A stretch of DNA of 64,000 nt from an uncultured Candidatus Saccharibacteria bacterium (GCA_964612745.1 CAZTCH010000007.1:1327-65326); one strand, 5' to 3'. Counted from the first letter of the stretch, positions 27,569-36,724 are shown. Numbers and translations are program-made. The notes: generated by a model from the sequence alone, not told the origin.

Positions 27569-28690
27569 TTAGTATTGAGCAGTGGTAATATACGTAACTG
27601 TGTTGGTGTACTGGCCTGCGGCTTGCCCAGTGCCAATTTCTAGCTTGTAGCTGACAGTTGTTTCTTCGCTTGTTGCAGGTCCAGTGGAGCAGGCAACTTC
27701 GTAGTTTCCGGTGTCCAGCGCTGCCCATGTGTTGTTTGTAGAAAAACGGCTTGTTGTGCCGGTGCAGAGTGACTCATCGCTACTATGGTAGCCAAAGGCC
27801 CCAGTGGTAATACTCCCAGGCCAAGTTGCTGGCGTGCTGTTGGTGCCGCTGACTGGGCTAATAGTTTCGCTGCCGCCGTCTCTGGTGAGTGCTTGGTTCT
27901 GCCGAATGGTAGTGGTGTATCCCGCCGAGGCGTTTGTGGTGACGGTAATTTTATGAGCAGCAATTGCTGGGACGTTGACCCCTAATTGACCATAGGCGAT
28001 AGCATTTGCTGTGGTGGTAATAGTAGTGGTTTCGCCGTCGAACAAGGTGCCAGATCCAATCCCAGAAAAGGTAATACTCAGGCTTGCTCCTACCGTTGCA
28101 GCGGTGGCTGTGTTGGAGAACCCAGTTTCGGTGTTGGTGCCATACCGTGCTTTCACTTTTATTTTATACGTAGTACTGGCGGTAAGGCCAGTAACTCGCC
28201 CACCACTGCCACCACCCCATGCGGTGTAGCTTTGCCAAGCTGCTGTTGTTCCTACCGTGTTATCTACTTGAATATAGTTTGTTGTGACAAAATCGTCGCT
28301 AGAAATTGCAATGGCGTAATTTGTATCTGTTTGTTGGCCGTCGCCTGTGGTAATAACGTAGTCCAGTGCGTTGTATAGGCTACCACCAGTATTTGTGAGT
28401 GTAGGTGTAGCAGGGACACCTGGGAAAGCATGCTGGAAAAAGCCTGGGAATATGGAATAGTTTCCTGAGGCTGTACTGCTGTCGTTAGAGTCGCCAATAC
28501 CATCTCTGCTGGCGTAATTGGTAGAGCTAGAAGCACCACCACCGCTGTCTAGGCTTGGGTTTTCTATTTGGTAATTGCTGCCACTCAATGTTTCTGCCTG
28601 TGCTATTGGGGCAAACACAAGACTGCACAAGGCACAGAGCCATACGAGTTGTTTTACAATCTGTAGCTGCATATACAGTAAGTTTACCAC
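27569..28690 (-). CDS. Secreted Thr/Gly-rich protein with an Fn3-like domain and a WxL-like C-terminus in which Trp is replaced by Tyr
   Basis: It has a signal peptide. STTYKIKVKARYGTNTETGFS is Fn3-like. The C-terminus GQYTNTVTYITTAQY aligns to the WxL consensus G-x-Y-x-x-x-L-T-W-x-L with W replaced by Y. 373 aa. Confidence 0.55.
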   Translation of the reverse strand: MVNLLYMQLQIVKQLVWLCALCSLVFAPIAQAETLSGSNYQIENPSLDSGGGASSSTNYASRDGIGDSNDSSTASGNYSIFPGFFQHAFPGVPATPTLTNTGGSLYNALDYVITTGDGQQTDTNYAIAISSDDFVTTNYIQVDNTVGTTAAWQSYTAWGGGSGGRVTGLTASTTYKIKVKARYGTNTETGFSNTATAATVGASLSITFSGIGSGTLFDGETTTITTTANAIAYGQLGVNVPAIAAHKITVTTNASAGYTTTIRQNQALTRDGGSETISPVSGTNSTPATWPGSITTGAFGYHSSDESLCTGTTSRFSTNNTWAALDTGNYEVACSTGPATSEETTVSYKLEIGTGQAAGQYTNTVTYITTAQY

Positions 28691-28702
28691 GGGCTTGTTT
28701 GC

Positions 28703-29731
28703 TTATCCGATCTCTCGCCTTCTTTTTTCCCTGGCAATAATATATTTATTGTATTGCTTGAGAGCGAGCCGGAGAATGAGCAGTGCCACAATCCCAGATG
28801 GGATAACAACTGCCAGTAATTCCCAAGGGATAATCCAAAACGAGGTTGTTATTTGGGCACGATTTTGGTTTTGTGATCCGTATGTCAGTGTTAGTCTTGC
28901 TTTGTACCATCCAATAGGCGCATATGTTGCTTGATGTTGTACTTTGGCGAAAAAGGTATTTGGTGCTGACGGCGGTGGTTGGTTTTGTGGGTTCTCTGTG
29001 TCGCCACTCTTGGTGAGCCATGAGGCAGTATACTTGCGAATTGACTTTGGTAATACATTGCCACCAGTCGGGTTCGCTGGGATGATCTTCTTTGTTTTAC
29101 CCCACGCATTCTCTATTACAACATCACCGAGTGGTTTGGCCCAATCTTCGCCATTGTTTTGAAAACGGTAGAAAAAGTCCACTGGTAGGGTGGAAAAAAA
29201 CTTTCGGTTTTGCGCAGTGGAAAATTCTAAAATATCAGCGCCTTCTGTAAAGTCACCAGAGACCCTAAGGAGTACGAGCATGCCAATTTGGCTGCCAATC
29301 GCAACACCGTCTGCTTCGGCTGCTATCTGCGGTGGTTCGTTTCTGAGTAGGATGGCGGCAAAATGCCCCCCAGCATCGGCGTCTGTTGGTACGGAAAGCA
29401 GCACGGTGATTTTTTGTCGTTCACTTGGGCCAAGGGTTATGTCGCTTGGGCCAGAAAACCACTGCGAAATGCCTTCTTTTTGCCGGCTTAAGACAGGGTT
29501 ACCGCTCTCATCTTTGGCATTAAAAGTTTGGTAGTCCAAGTAATAGACTTTTGACTCTTTTTGGTCGTTGTAGGCATCAAAGGTGATTGTGAGAATGCTT
29601 CCGGCAGAAGCAGTGAGCTCTGTTTTAACGGGGGAGACTGTTATGGCTTGTGTTGGGGTGGTATTTGCCCAAAATGCTAAAAGTATCCCACAAACGAGTA
29701 GTGAGTATATGTGTTTTGGTTGTGTGAACAA
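28703..29731 (-). CDS. DUF916/DUF3324-like cell-surface protein, third paralog
   Basis: Signal peptide, then SPVKTELTASAGSILTITFDAYN, then a C-terminal TM with the tail KQYNKYIIAREKRRREIG. 342 aa. Confidence 0.6.
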   Translation of the reverse strand: MFTQPKHIYSLLVCGILLAFWANTTPTQAITVSPVKTELTASAGSILTITFDAYNDQKESKVYYLDYQTFNAKDESGNPVLSRQKEGISQWFSGPSDITLGPSERQKITVLLSVPTDADAGGHFAAILLRNEPPQIAAEADGVAIGSQIGMLVLLRVSGDFTEGADILEFSTAQNRKFFSTLPVDFFYRFQNNGEDWAKPLGDVVIENAWGKTKKIIPANPTGGNVLPKSIRKYTASWLTKSGDTENPQNQPPPSAPNTFFAKVQHQATYAPIGWYKARLTLTYGSQNQNRAQITTSFWIIPWELLAVVIPSGIVALLILRLALKQYNKYIIAREKRRREIG

Positions 29732-29820
29732 AGCGTTTTTGTAGGGTTACTTCGAAAATAATTATACACCATTCAGAGGTGAATGGTGTATAGATTGGTT
29801 GTAAAACAGTTTTTGTGAGT

Positions 29821-30924
29821 TTAGAAATTCCCTGTTGCGATGTACGTCAAGGTGGTAGAATAGCTACCTGCTTCAGTGAGTGTGGAAATGTTAGCTAGAT
29901 AGGAAACGCTTAAAGTTTCTGTTGCAGTCGGTACTGTTTCAGAGACAATAGTGGTTGCGGTGCTGGCAACAAAGTTCCAGCTACTGTTTGTCCCACGTGC
30001 GTACCCAGAAGCTACAGTTGCGTCGCCACTCGCGCTGACCGACAATGCAAATTGTTCGCTACCTGTTGTACCGTCACTATCGGTGGTAATGCTTGCTGCG
30101 GTAATAGTGTTGCCTCCACTGGTGAGTGTAGCACCGAAATACGTTACACTGTACCCGCTCTGAGCGTTTGTACCAACTGTTAAGGTGTGTGCTGCTGTCG
30201 GGGTGTTGCCAGCTGTGGCGTTGCCACCAACGGCGTCTCCTGTAGCCCAGCGACCAGTGCTAGAAGACAGAGTGCCAAACCCAATAGTGTTGTCGTCTAC
30301 AGTAAATGTGATAGATGGAGCGACTGTAGCGCTAATACTGACTTGGTCGTCGGTAATAATGTCATATGAAAGAGTGCCGCTGTCACCAAATGTACCACCC
30401 ACAGTTAAGGTGTCGTCATCATCTGCTGCGCCATTGCTAATTTGGTTGGTTCCAGCAACACCTGTGCTGGCGTGTGTACCAATTTTAATGCGTACACAAC
30501 GGCTTGCGGTTACTGTACCAGTTCCAGAAGTAATGGTGACTACTTGGCCAGATGCTCCAATGCCCCACGTTGCCCCACTGGGGGAGCCAGCGAGTGTTTG
30601 TTCTGTGTACGATGCAGTTGTACATGTGGCGCTATCGCCTGTAGCAAAGTCAACATCCCCGAACACTATACTGCTTACCCCAGTAAAATCAGCAGAAAAT
30701 GTTAGGGTTATGTCTTGCCCAGCAGTAACACCTGTAGGGGTAACAAAAAATATTGTGTGGTTTGCCGCAGTGCTCGCTTTTAATCTGCTGAGAGTGTCGG
30801 AGAATGAAGTTATTGCAGCAGCTTGTGCTACTTGGATGTTTGGTAGTAATAAGGCAAGAGAGACTATAACAACCAGAATGTGTTTTAGTCTTTTTTTGAG
30901 TGCGGTTGGGATAACGTTTCGCAT
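29821..30924 (-). CDS. Secreted Thr/Gly-rich protein with a WxL-like (YxI-variant) C-terminus
   Basis: Signal peptide. The C-terminus EAGSYSTTLTYIATGNF matches that of the 373-aa protein. SSWNFV is a candidate first motif. 367 aa. Confidence 0.55.
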   Translation of the reverse strand: MRNVIPTALKKRLKHILVVIVSLALLLPNIQVAQAAAITSFSDTLSRLKASTAANHTIFFVTPTGVTAGQDITLTFSADFTGVSSIVFGDVDFATGDSATCTTASYTEQTLAGSPSGATWGIGASGQVVTITSGTGTVTASRCVRIKIGTHASTGVAGTNQISNGAADDDDTLTVGGTFGDSGTLSYDIITDDQVSISATVAPSITFTVDDNTIGFGTLSSSTGRWATGDAVGGNATAGNTPTAAHTLTVGTNAQSGYSVTYFGATLTSGGNTITAASITTDSDGTTGSEQFALSVSASGDATVASGYARGTNSSWNFVASTATTIVSETVPTATETLSVSYLANISTLTEAGSYSTTLTYIATGNF

Positions 30925-30981
30925 TACGGTAAGTTTACTTTTTGTTTCAATGGCTGAACTATCTCTTTACAATTTAGTATA

Positions 30982-31926
30982 TCACTTTTCTTCTTGTTTG
31001 TACAGCAATCTTTTCCCTAGAATAATTACGAACAGTAGCAAGACTACTGAAATAAGTGAAAGCCACACGAGAGTAGGTTGATTCTGTCTGTTTCCTTTTG
31101 CAATTTTGCTTATTACCGTTTCATTACCAGACATGTCCACTGCTTTGAGGAATACCTTGATGTCTTTGTCTCCTTGGTTTTTGAGTTGGTATGGGGATCG
31201 TGTTCTTACCCAATCGGTTTCAGTAGGGTACTCTTTTTTTGCGTCTATTTCGGCAATCTCGTAGTATTGTATACCGCTTTCCACATCTTCTGCTTGAAAA
31301 GCCGCAAACCAATTGCCTGAGAAAAGTGTTTCATCCTTCCCAATGGCAAGCTCGAGGTGTATTGGGGGAGTGTTGTCTGGAGTATTTGCGAGAGGGGTTT
31401 CTACAGCTTTTTCTGTGGGTTTGCCAATATTGATTGTTATCGGGGTGTATTGGTGAGGGATAACGCTACCGAGTCCGTCATTTGCTAAGGCTTTTGTGTT
31501 TTCGGCATATGATATGGTTGCAGTTCCTTCTGCAAGTGCTTTAAAAGAGATAGAGAAGAGTTGGCCTTGTCTACCGGTGAAACCTGGTGTAGGTAATCCT
31601 CCAGTAAAGCTAATAACTCCAGAATTTTGGGCTTGGCTGGGTTTTGACTGCCAGTACGAGATAATTGAATTAGCCGTGCTGAGGCTTGTTACTGCAAGCA
31701 TCTTACTCGGATAGTTCACGCTTCCTTCGAGTGCATTTGCTGCCGTGGTTGTATTGAGGAATGCCGAAACGGTAAAGGTTTCACCTATTACAACAGCTTT
31801 TTTTGAGCTAAAAGTAAATGTGCTGTCACTTGCCAGTAGCGCCGATGGGGATACGCAGAAGAGTAGTACTACAACGGCAAGTAATTGTGTGGTTTTGTGT
31901 AAAGACATAGAGTGTTTGTTAGTCAT
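30982..31926 (-). CDS. Membrane-anchored protein with a cohesin-like beta-sandwich domain
   Basis: It has a signal peptide. GETFTVSAFLNTTTAANALEGSVNYPSKMLAV...GQLFSISFKALAEGTATISY follows the cohesin pattern. The C-terminal TM is LVWLSLISVVLLLFVIILG followed by KR. 314 aa. Confidence 0.5.
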   Translation of the reverse strand: MTNKHSMSLHKTTQLLAVVVLLFCVSPSALLASDSTFTFSSKKAVVIGETFTVSAFLNTTTAANALEGSVNYPSKMLAVTSLSTANSIISYWQSKPSQAQNSGVISFTGGLPTPGFTGRQGQLFSISFKALAEGTATISYAENTKALANDGLGSVIPHQYTPITINIGKPTEKAVETPLANTPDNTPPIHLELAIGKDETLFSGNWFAAFQAEDVESGIQYYEIAEIDAKKEYPTETDWVRTRSPYQLKNQGDKDIKVFLKAVDMSGNETVISKIAKGNRQNQPTLVWLSLISVVLLLFVIILGKRLLYKQEEK

Positions 31927-33412
31927 TCCACCAGTAGAGAAGGATGCTAAAGTCTACTAAGTTTACTATTTTATCTTTATTTATATCTGCAAGTGTTGTG
32001 CCACTTTTCTGCCAGTAGTACATGAGAATGCTCAGATCTGTCAGATTTACTTTGGTATCACAGTTTAGATCTGCTGGAATACTTGCACATTGCAAGCCGA
32101 CTTTTTTGCTACCCAGAATAGCAAGATTTCCAATAGTGTTCAGTGGTATTTGGAATTGGTTTGATTTATTCAGTAGTGGTTGTATTGGCGTGATATTCCA
32201 GCGATTTTCTGGTGCAAAGAAAGCATTTCCCCATTCTGGGGTAAACACACTCACTTGTTGTGGGGTATACACCAGAGTCGCAGTAAGGGCTTGTTTGGGG
32301 TAGCGCACTACTCTACCAGTGGCGTCTTGGATAAAAATTCCGAAGAGTACATCTGCGATGGCGAATTTATTTGGGGCACCAGTTTTATTTGGAAACCCAG
32401 ACCATGAAAGACACGTTAGGGAGAGCTGGCTTTGGTCTGGAATGCTACCAGCGGGGATGTGTAGTTGTATATATGCCCCATTTTGGCACGCAATACCGTA
32501 CACACCGCTCAGTGTGGCGTCTATGACTGTAGCGTTTGCACTAGGGAGTAATACAACGCCGGTGTTACTTTGTGTGTGAGAAATAGTATATATTTCTTCG
32601 ACAATCCCACTAGCTGTGTAATCGGTCTTAGCTGCCAAAGCTTTCAGGGTTGTAGTTTCGGTGAAAGTGAGAGGGGTAGTATATACGGAGCTACTTATGG
32701 TGGGGTTACTGCCGTCAGTTGTATAATAAATGGTTGCTCCACTTGTTGCGCTGGTAATGCTTACCGTTACTGTGTTTTCAAACAACGCTGTCGTAGGGTT
32801 CATGACAGGGCTTGCTACCGTACCAAGGGTGCCAACGAGAGAACTAATACCAACAGGGTCAGTGATGGCTATGGATACTTCACCTGAGTCGATAAGTGCG
32901 TCTAGGCTTGTACTCGTAGCGATATTGAGAGAATATGTCCCAATACTGCTAGGATTGGTTATGTCTTGGTCTCCAGCGCTTTGAAATGTGGCGTTACTAC
33001 CAATTTCGATTACTATAGTGCTTCCAGCACTGATGGGGTCAGTGTCGTTCAAGGTGAATTGGATGCTGCCACTGCTTCCAGATATGGCCTGAGCTCCTAT
33101 GCTACTTCCAGAGCCTGTGCCGGCGCTAGCGCTTAAAGACGCGTCAGTAGCGTTAATCTCGAGGTCTAAGTCTTCATGGTTTAGGCTGGGGATGGTAAAA
33201 GCGCTGCTTTGTGGAGTAATGGTGATTTTGCCACCCGCTGGTATTTCTGTGGGGTTGGTAAAAGTAATTCGATGTCTTGCTGGTTCTGACTTTGCTGAAG
33301 TACTTATTCTGTCACTTCTGTTGGTGAGTGTGGCAGCTTGTGTGTTTGTGCTCTGGTGCAAAACCCACAACAATCCAGTTGCAAGCACGAGAAGTGCGCA
33401 TAGTTTTTTCAT
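31919..33412 (-). CDS. Secreted protein with an Fn3-associated (chitobiase-C-like) domain and a C-terminal dockerin (two Ca-binding repeats)
   Basis: It has a signal peptide. GATIYYTTDGSNPTISSSVYTTPLTFTETTTLKALA is an Fn3_assoc-type segment. The C-terminus DLNCDTKVNLTDLSIL...ADINKDKIVNLVDFSILL gives two dockerin repeats. 497 aa. Confidence 0.65.
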   Translation of the reverse strand: MKKLCALLVLATGLLWVLHQSTNTQAATLTNRSDRISTSAKSEPARHRITFTNPTEIPAGGKITITPQSSAFTIPSLNHEDLDLEINATDASLSASAGTGSGSSIGAQAISGSSGSIQFTLNDTDPISAGSTIVIEIGSNATFQSAGDQDITNPSSIGTYSLNIATSTSLDALIDSGEVSIAITDPVGISSLVGTLGTVASPVMNPTTALFENTVTVSITSATSGATIYYTTDGSNPTISSSVYTTPLTFTETTTLKALAAKTDYTASGIVEEIYTISHTQSNTGVVLLPSANATVIDATLSGVYGIACQNGAYIQLHIPAGSIPDQSQLSLTCLSWSGFPNKTGAPNKFAIADVLFGIFIQDATGRVVRYPKQALTATLVYTPQQVSVFTPEWGNAFFAPENRWNITPIQPLLNKSNQFQIPLNTIGNLAILGSKKVGLQCASIPADLNCDTKVNLTDLSILMYYWQKSGTTLADINKDKIVNLVDFSILLYWWND

Positions 33413-33421
33413 ACGGATTGC

Positions 33422-33790
33422 TTAGGCTTTTAAAAGCGTTCTTGCTCGTCTTTGGTCAAGGTAAAAGTTGGTCACTATTAAACCAAAGAGAGTGGTAATT
33501 GCAATAGCGAGCAGCCACTGTCTCGATGTCTCCGTTTGGTTTTGGTATCGTTGTTGTGCGTCGAGTTGTTGTGCTCGTTTTTCTAAAACCTGCTTTTCTT
33601 CTTGTAGTTGTTGGTAGAGGGTGTTTTCTGGAGTAGGGTCAACGGTCCCACCAACTGCAATCCCGGCAACAGTGCCAATTGGGCCTGTTTGTTCGACGGT
33701 GTATGCGTCTATTGCCGGTAGAACCAGCATAAGGCAGGCGCACGCGCTGAGTAAGAGTGTATAGGTACCAGTGAGAAAAGAGATTTTCAT
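33422..33790 (-). CDS. Small membrane protein with a coiled-coil (N- and C-terminal hydrophobic segments)
   Basis: 122 aa. It has a signal/TM at the N-terminus, a Gln/Glu-rich coiled-coil in the middle, and a C-terminal TM. Confidence 0.45.
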   Translation of the reverse strand: MKISFLTGTYTLLLSACACLMLVLPAIDAYTVEQTGPIGTVAGIAVGGTVDPTPENTLYQQLQEEKQVLEKRAQQLDAQQRYQNQTETSRQWLLAIAITTLFGLIVTNFYLDQRRARTLLKA

Positions 33791-33942
33791 ATAAGGTAGA
33801 TCTTTCTGTAAGTATTATACAACCTTTTTGGACTGTCTTGGCCGGTTGACCAATTTGTTTTTTTTCAGTATACTTATCCCAGCAATGTTATTTGCGCCCT
33901 AGTTTTCTGCAGGGTTTTCCAGTATTAATATTCATTCATAAA

Positions 33943-34083
33943 ATGAAGCGAACATACCAACCAAAAGTTAAAAAGCGTTTAAAGACGCATGGTTTTCGCG
34001 CCCGAATGAAAACAGTTACGGGGCAGGCAGTTATTGCCCGCAGACGGGCAAAGGGGCGAAAGAGACTGTCTATTAGCGAATAG
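33943..34083 (+). CDS. rpmH: 50S ribosomal protein L34
   Basis: [46 protein letters not shown]. The ORF-track start lies upstream of the true ATG. Confidence 0.95.
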   Translation: MKRTYQPKVKKRLKTHGFRARMKTVTGQAVIARRRAKGRKRLSISE

Positions 34084-34139
34084 CTTTAGATCGGCAAGCT
34101 TATAAAGCTAAAGCTTTATAAGCTTTTATTTTATACACT

Positions 34140-34484
34140 ATGTTTTCTCGGGAGAACCGTTTAGCGCAAGATGGTGATATTCAGAGGGTCTTACGAACAG
34201 GTCGTAAGTTTTTTTGCCCTCTTTTTACTATTCGGTGGCGTGAGGTGCACAATACTGTCACACCTCCTCGGTTTGCGGTCGTGGTGTCTACGAAGGTGGC
34301 GAAACGGGCGGTAAAGCGGAATCGACTACGTAGGATTACTCGTGAATTATTGCGTAAAAACCTGCGAAGTATACACTCTGCAGACTATATGATCATCTTA
34401 CGCCCTGAGGTCCTTAAGGTGCCCGAGGCGCAATATCTGCAAACACTTGCTGGGGCATTTGAAAAGGCGAAACTGTTGGTATAG
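34140..34484 (+). CDS. rnpA: Ribonuclease P protein component
   Basis: A 114-aa basic protein containing the RnpA motif RLRRITRELLR. It sits in the conserved rpmH-rnpA order. Confidence 0.9.
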   Translation: MFSRENRLAQDGDIQRVLRTGRKFFCPLFTIRWREVHNTVTPPRFAVVVSTKVAKRAVKRNRLRRITRELLRKNLRSIHSADYMIILRPEVLKVPEAQYLQTLAGAFEKAKLLV

Positions 34485-34560
34485 TGTAAGTATTTCTCAT
34501 AAAAAGTGCTTTGAGCACTTTTTTGTTTATCCACAGAATCTGGTACACTACCTGAGTAAT

Positions 34561-34791
34561 ATGCGATATTTACTTGCCGGAATCATTGTATTGTACCAGC
34601 GCACGATATCCTTAGATCATGGATTGTTTCGGGGTTTGTACCCGCATGGGTATTGTAGGCATTTTCCTACATGTAGTGAATACGCACGGCAATCGATTCT
34701 AAAGTACGGTGTTTTTCGAGGTGTGGGGAAATCTACTTTGCGCGTCTTACAGTGCCATCCTTTTGCTAAGCCGTCTGTTGATTTACCATAA
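34561..34791 (+). CDS. yidD: Membrane protein insertion efficiency factor YidD
   Basis: The ATG at 34561 gives MRYLLAGIIVLYQRTISLDHG...CRHFPTCSEYARQSILKYG, which is the YidD signature. Confidence 0.85.
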   Translation: MRYLLAGIIVLYQRTISLDHGLFRGLYPHGYCRHFPTCSEYARQSILKYGVFRGVGKSTLRVLQCHPFAKPSVDLP

Positions 34792-34926
34792 AGGGTATAG
34801 GGTTTGTTGTTTTTAGAAAAGGAGATAGTGGTCGAGCTCTGTACGAATGTAACTTCTTTTGCTGTTCTTTGGTCTCTACTGCTCAGTGAGTAGAGAGTGA
34901 AGATTAGTAATTAGAAAATATTTCCA

Positions 34927-35625
34927 ATGTTGGAACTTTACCATCAGTTTATTTATAACCCGTTACTGAATTTGTTGGTTTGGGGGTACAATTCGTTACC
35001 AGGTCACGATATCGGTATTGTTATTGTCGTGCTTACTATTTTAGTTCGCTTGCTGCTTGCACCAACAATGCACAAGCAGATTAAAAGTCAGCATGCAATT
35101 GCAAAACTGCAGCCAAAACTAGAAGAGTTAAAAGAAAAGCATAAAGATAATAAAGAGGTTCAGGCTCGCGCAGTAATGGATTTGTATAAAGAACACAATG
35201 TGAACCCCTTTGCTTCTTGTTTGCCCTTGCTGTTGCAGCTGCCAATCCTCATCGCCCTGTATCAAGTGTTTAATAAAGCACTCCATGGAAACTTGGATGG
35301 CTTATATCGTGTAGTGTACAACCCAGGGGTGATTGACCCTATGTTCTTAGGTGTTATAAACTTGGCCAATCCGAATATTATTTTGGCAGTTTTGGCTGGT
35401 GGTTTGCAGTTTTGGCAAGCTCGAATGATGCAAGCAAAATCTGCTACAAAACCCACAGATGCTTCGGCGCAAATGATTCAGATGCAGACAATGTACTTGC
35501 TACCACTGGTGAGTATCTTTATTGCGTGGCGTTTGCCAGCAGGTCTGCCGTTGTACTGGATCGTGACCACATTGTTTGCAATCGCACAACAGTATTACGT
35601 TACGAAGCGTCACACGAACGAGTAG
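34927..35625 (+). CDS. yidC: Membrane protein insertase YidC (short form)
   Basis: 232 aa with five TM helices and the conserved LLLQLPILIALYQVF. It lies downstream of yidD. Confidence 0.9.
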   Translation: MLELYHQFIYNPLLNLLVWGYNSLPGHDIGIVIVVLTILVRLLLAPTMHKQIKSQHAIAKLQPKLEELKEKHKDNKEVQARAVMDLYKEHNVNPFASCLPLLLQLPILIALYQVFNKALHGNLDGLYRVVYNPGVIDPMFLGVINLANPNIILAVLAGGLQFWQARMMQAKSATKPTDASAQMIQMQTMYLLPLVSIFIAWRLPAGLPLYWIVTTLFAIAQQYYVTKRHTNE

Positions 35626-35657
35626 TTGGTTATTGGTAAAATATTAAAGCAAGCCAT

Positions 35658-36128
35658 ATGAACTCTGACACTATAGAGGGTATTACCTCGGTTATTACCG
35701 GTTTAGTTTCTGCTATGGGTCTAGTTGCGACAGTGGAAGTAGAAGATATCCCCCATAGAGGGATCGTATTCTCTATTCACCCTGAGTCATCTGCGTATAT
35801 GCTTATTGGTCACCGTGGGGAACATTTGCACGCGCTTGAAGTTTTGGTAGTTGCGATGTCTCGCCGGATATTGCCTGAAACTCCTTGGTTTAGTTTGGAT
35901 GTAGATGATTATAAACGGAAGCGTGAGTGGTATTTGAAAGAGACTGTACAAGGTGCGGTGGCGCATCTCGAGAAAGCGGGTAAACAGGTGGGATTAGTGC
36001 CAATGCCTAGTTATGAACGAAGGTTCGTGCACTCCTATATACAAGAACGGTACCCGCAGGTAGAGTCTGAAAGTGTTGGTGTTGCGCAGTCACGGCGCAT
36101 TGTTTTGAAAAAAAAGTCTAAAGAATAA
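35658..36128 (+). CDS. khpB: Jag/KhpB RNA-binding protein (KH plus R3H)
   Basis: The C-terminus RRFVHSYIQE...GVAQSRRIVLK is an R3H signature. It follows yidC, as jag does in other bacteria. Confidence 0.8.
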   Translation: MNSDTIEGITSVITGLVSAMGLVATVEVEDIPHRGIVFSIHPESSAYMLIGHRGEHLHALEVLVVAMSRRILPETPWFSLDVDDYKRKREWYLKETVQGAVAHLEKAGKQVGLVPMPSYERRFVHSYIQERYPQVESESVGVAQSRRIVLKKKSKE

Positions 36129-36135
36129 TACGTAC

Positions 36136-36627
36136 ATGTCTCGAACACATACAACTTTAAGCGTGGAGGTATTGCAGTTTGTAGAAGGCGTGGGTACTCC
36201 TTGTCCTCTCTCTGAGGTGTATACTGCATTTCAGAAGATGTATCCTCGTAAGAAAGTGTATGATGTGGTTTTTCGGCTAGAAGCACAAGGGTTGTTGCTC
36301 TATGCGAATCCTGCGAAAACAATGTTGGAGATGTCTTCTGATGGGAGGGCGCTCCTGAGTACTCGGCGACCAGTAAAAGATGGTGTGTGGAAGTTGGTTA
36401 TCTTTGATATTCCAGAGACGCAACGAAAGATACGAACTGTTTTGCGGAATCAGTTAAAAGCAATTGGATTTCGTAAGTGGCAAGGCAGTATTTGGATCTC
36501 TCCCTATGCTCTTGATGCGAGTGTTGAACAAGAATTGTCTGAGCTTGCAAAACACTACTTTGTTCGACTGATAAAAACTACGGACATAAATGTAACAACA
36601 GATTTAGAAGAGTTGTTTAGAGAGTAG
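36136..36627 (+). CDS. PaaX-like wHTH protein with a Cas2-like C-terminal domain
   Basis: VWKLVIFDIPETQRKIRTVLRNQLKAIGFRKWQGSIWISPY follows a Cas2/VapD-like beta-alpha-beta pattern. It is preceded by a roughly 80-aa HTH-like N-terminal region. No CRISPR array or cas1 is in the window. Confidence 0.45.
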   Translation: MSRTHTTLSVEVLQFVEGVGTPCPLSEVYTAFQKMYPRKKVYDVVFRLEAQGLLLYANPAKTMLEMSSDGRALLSTRRPVKDGVWKLVIFDIPETQRKIRTVLRNQLKAIGFRKWQGSIWISPYALDASVEQELSELAKHYFVRLIKTTDINVTTDLEELFRE

Positions 36628-36651
36628 AGAGTAGAGAATAGGAGCTAAGAC

Positions 36652-36683
36652 AAAAAACCTAGCGCTATGCGCTAGGTTTTTTT
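36652..36683. terminator. Bidirectional terminator (aaaaaacctagcgc-tat-gcgctaggttttttt) nested inside a roughly 25-bp purine-rich inverted repeat (tagagagtagag...)
   Basis: A perfect 8-bp GC stem flanked by A- and T-runs. Imperfect gagagtagagaatag / ctattctctaccctctc arms lie outside it. Confidence 0.7.
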
Positions 36684-36724
36684 ATTTCTACCCTCTACTC
36701 TCTATTCTCTACCCTCTCTCAGTA

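Noticed and set aside
36136-36627. Cas2-like domain taken as evidence of a CRISPR-Cas system
   Set aside because: No repeat-spacer array, cas1 or other cas gene is in the window. The fusion to a wHTH fits PaaX-like regulators.
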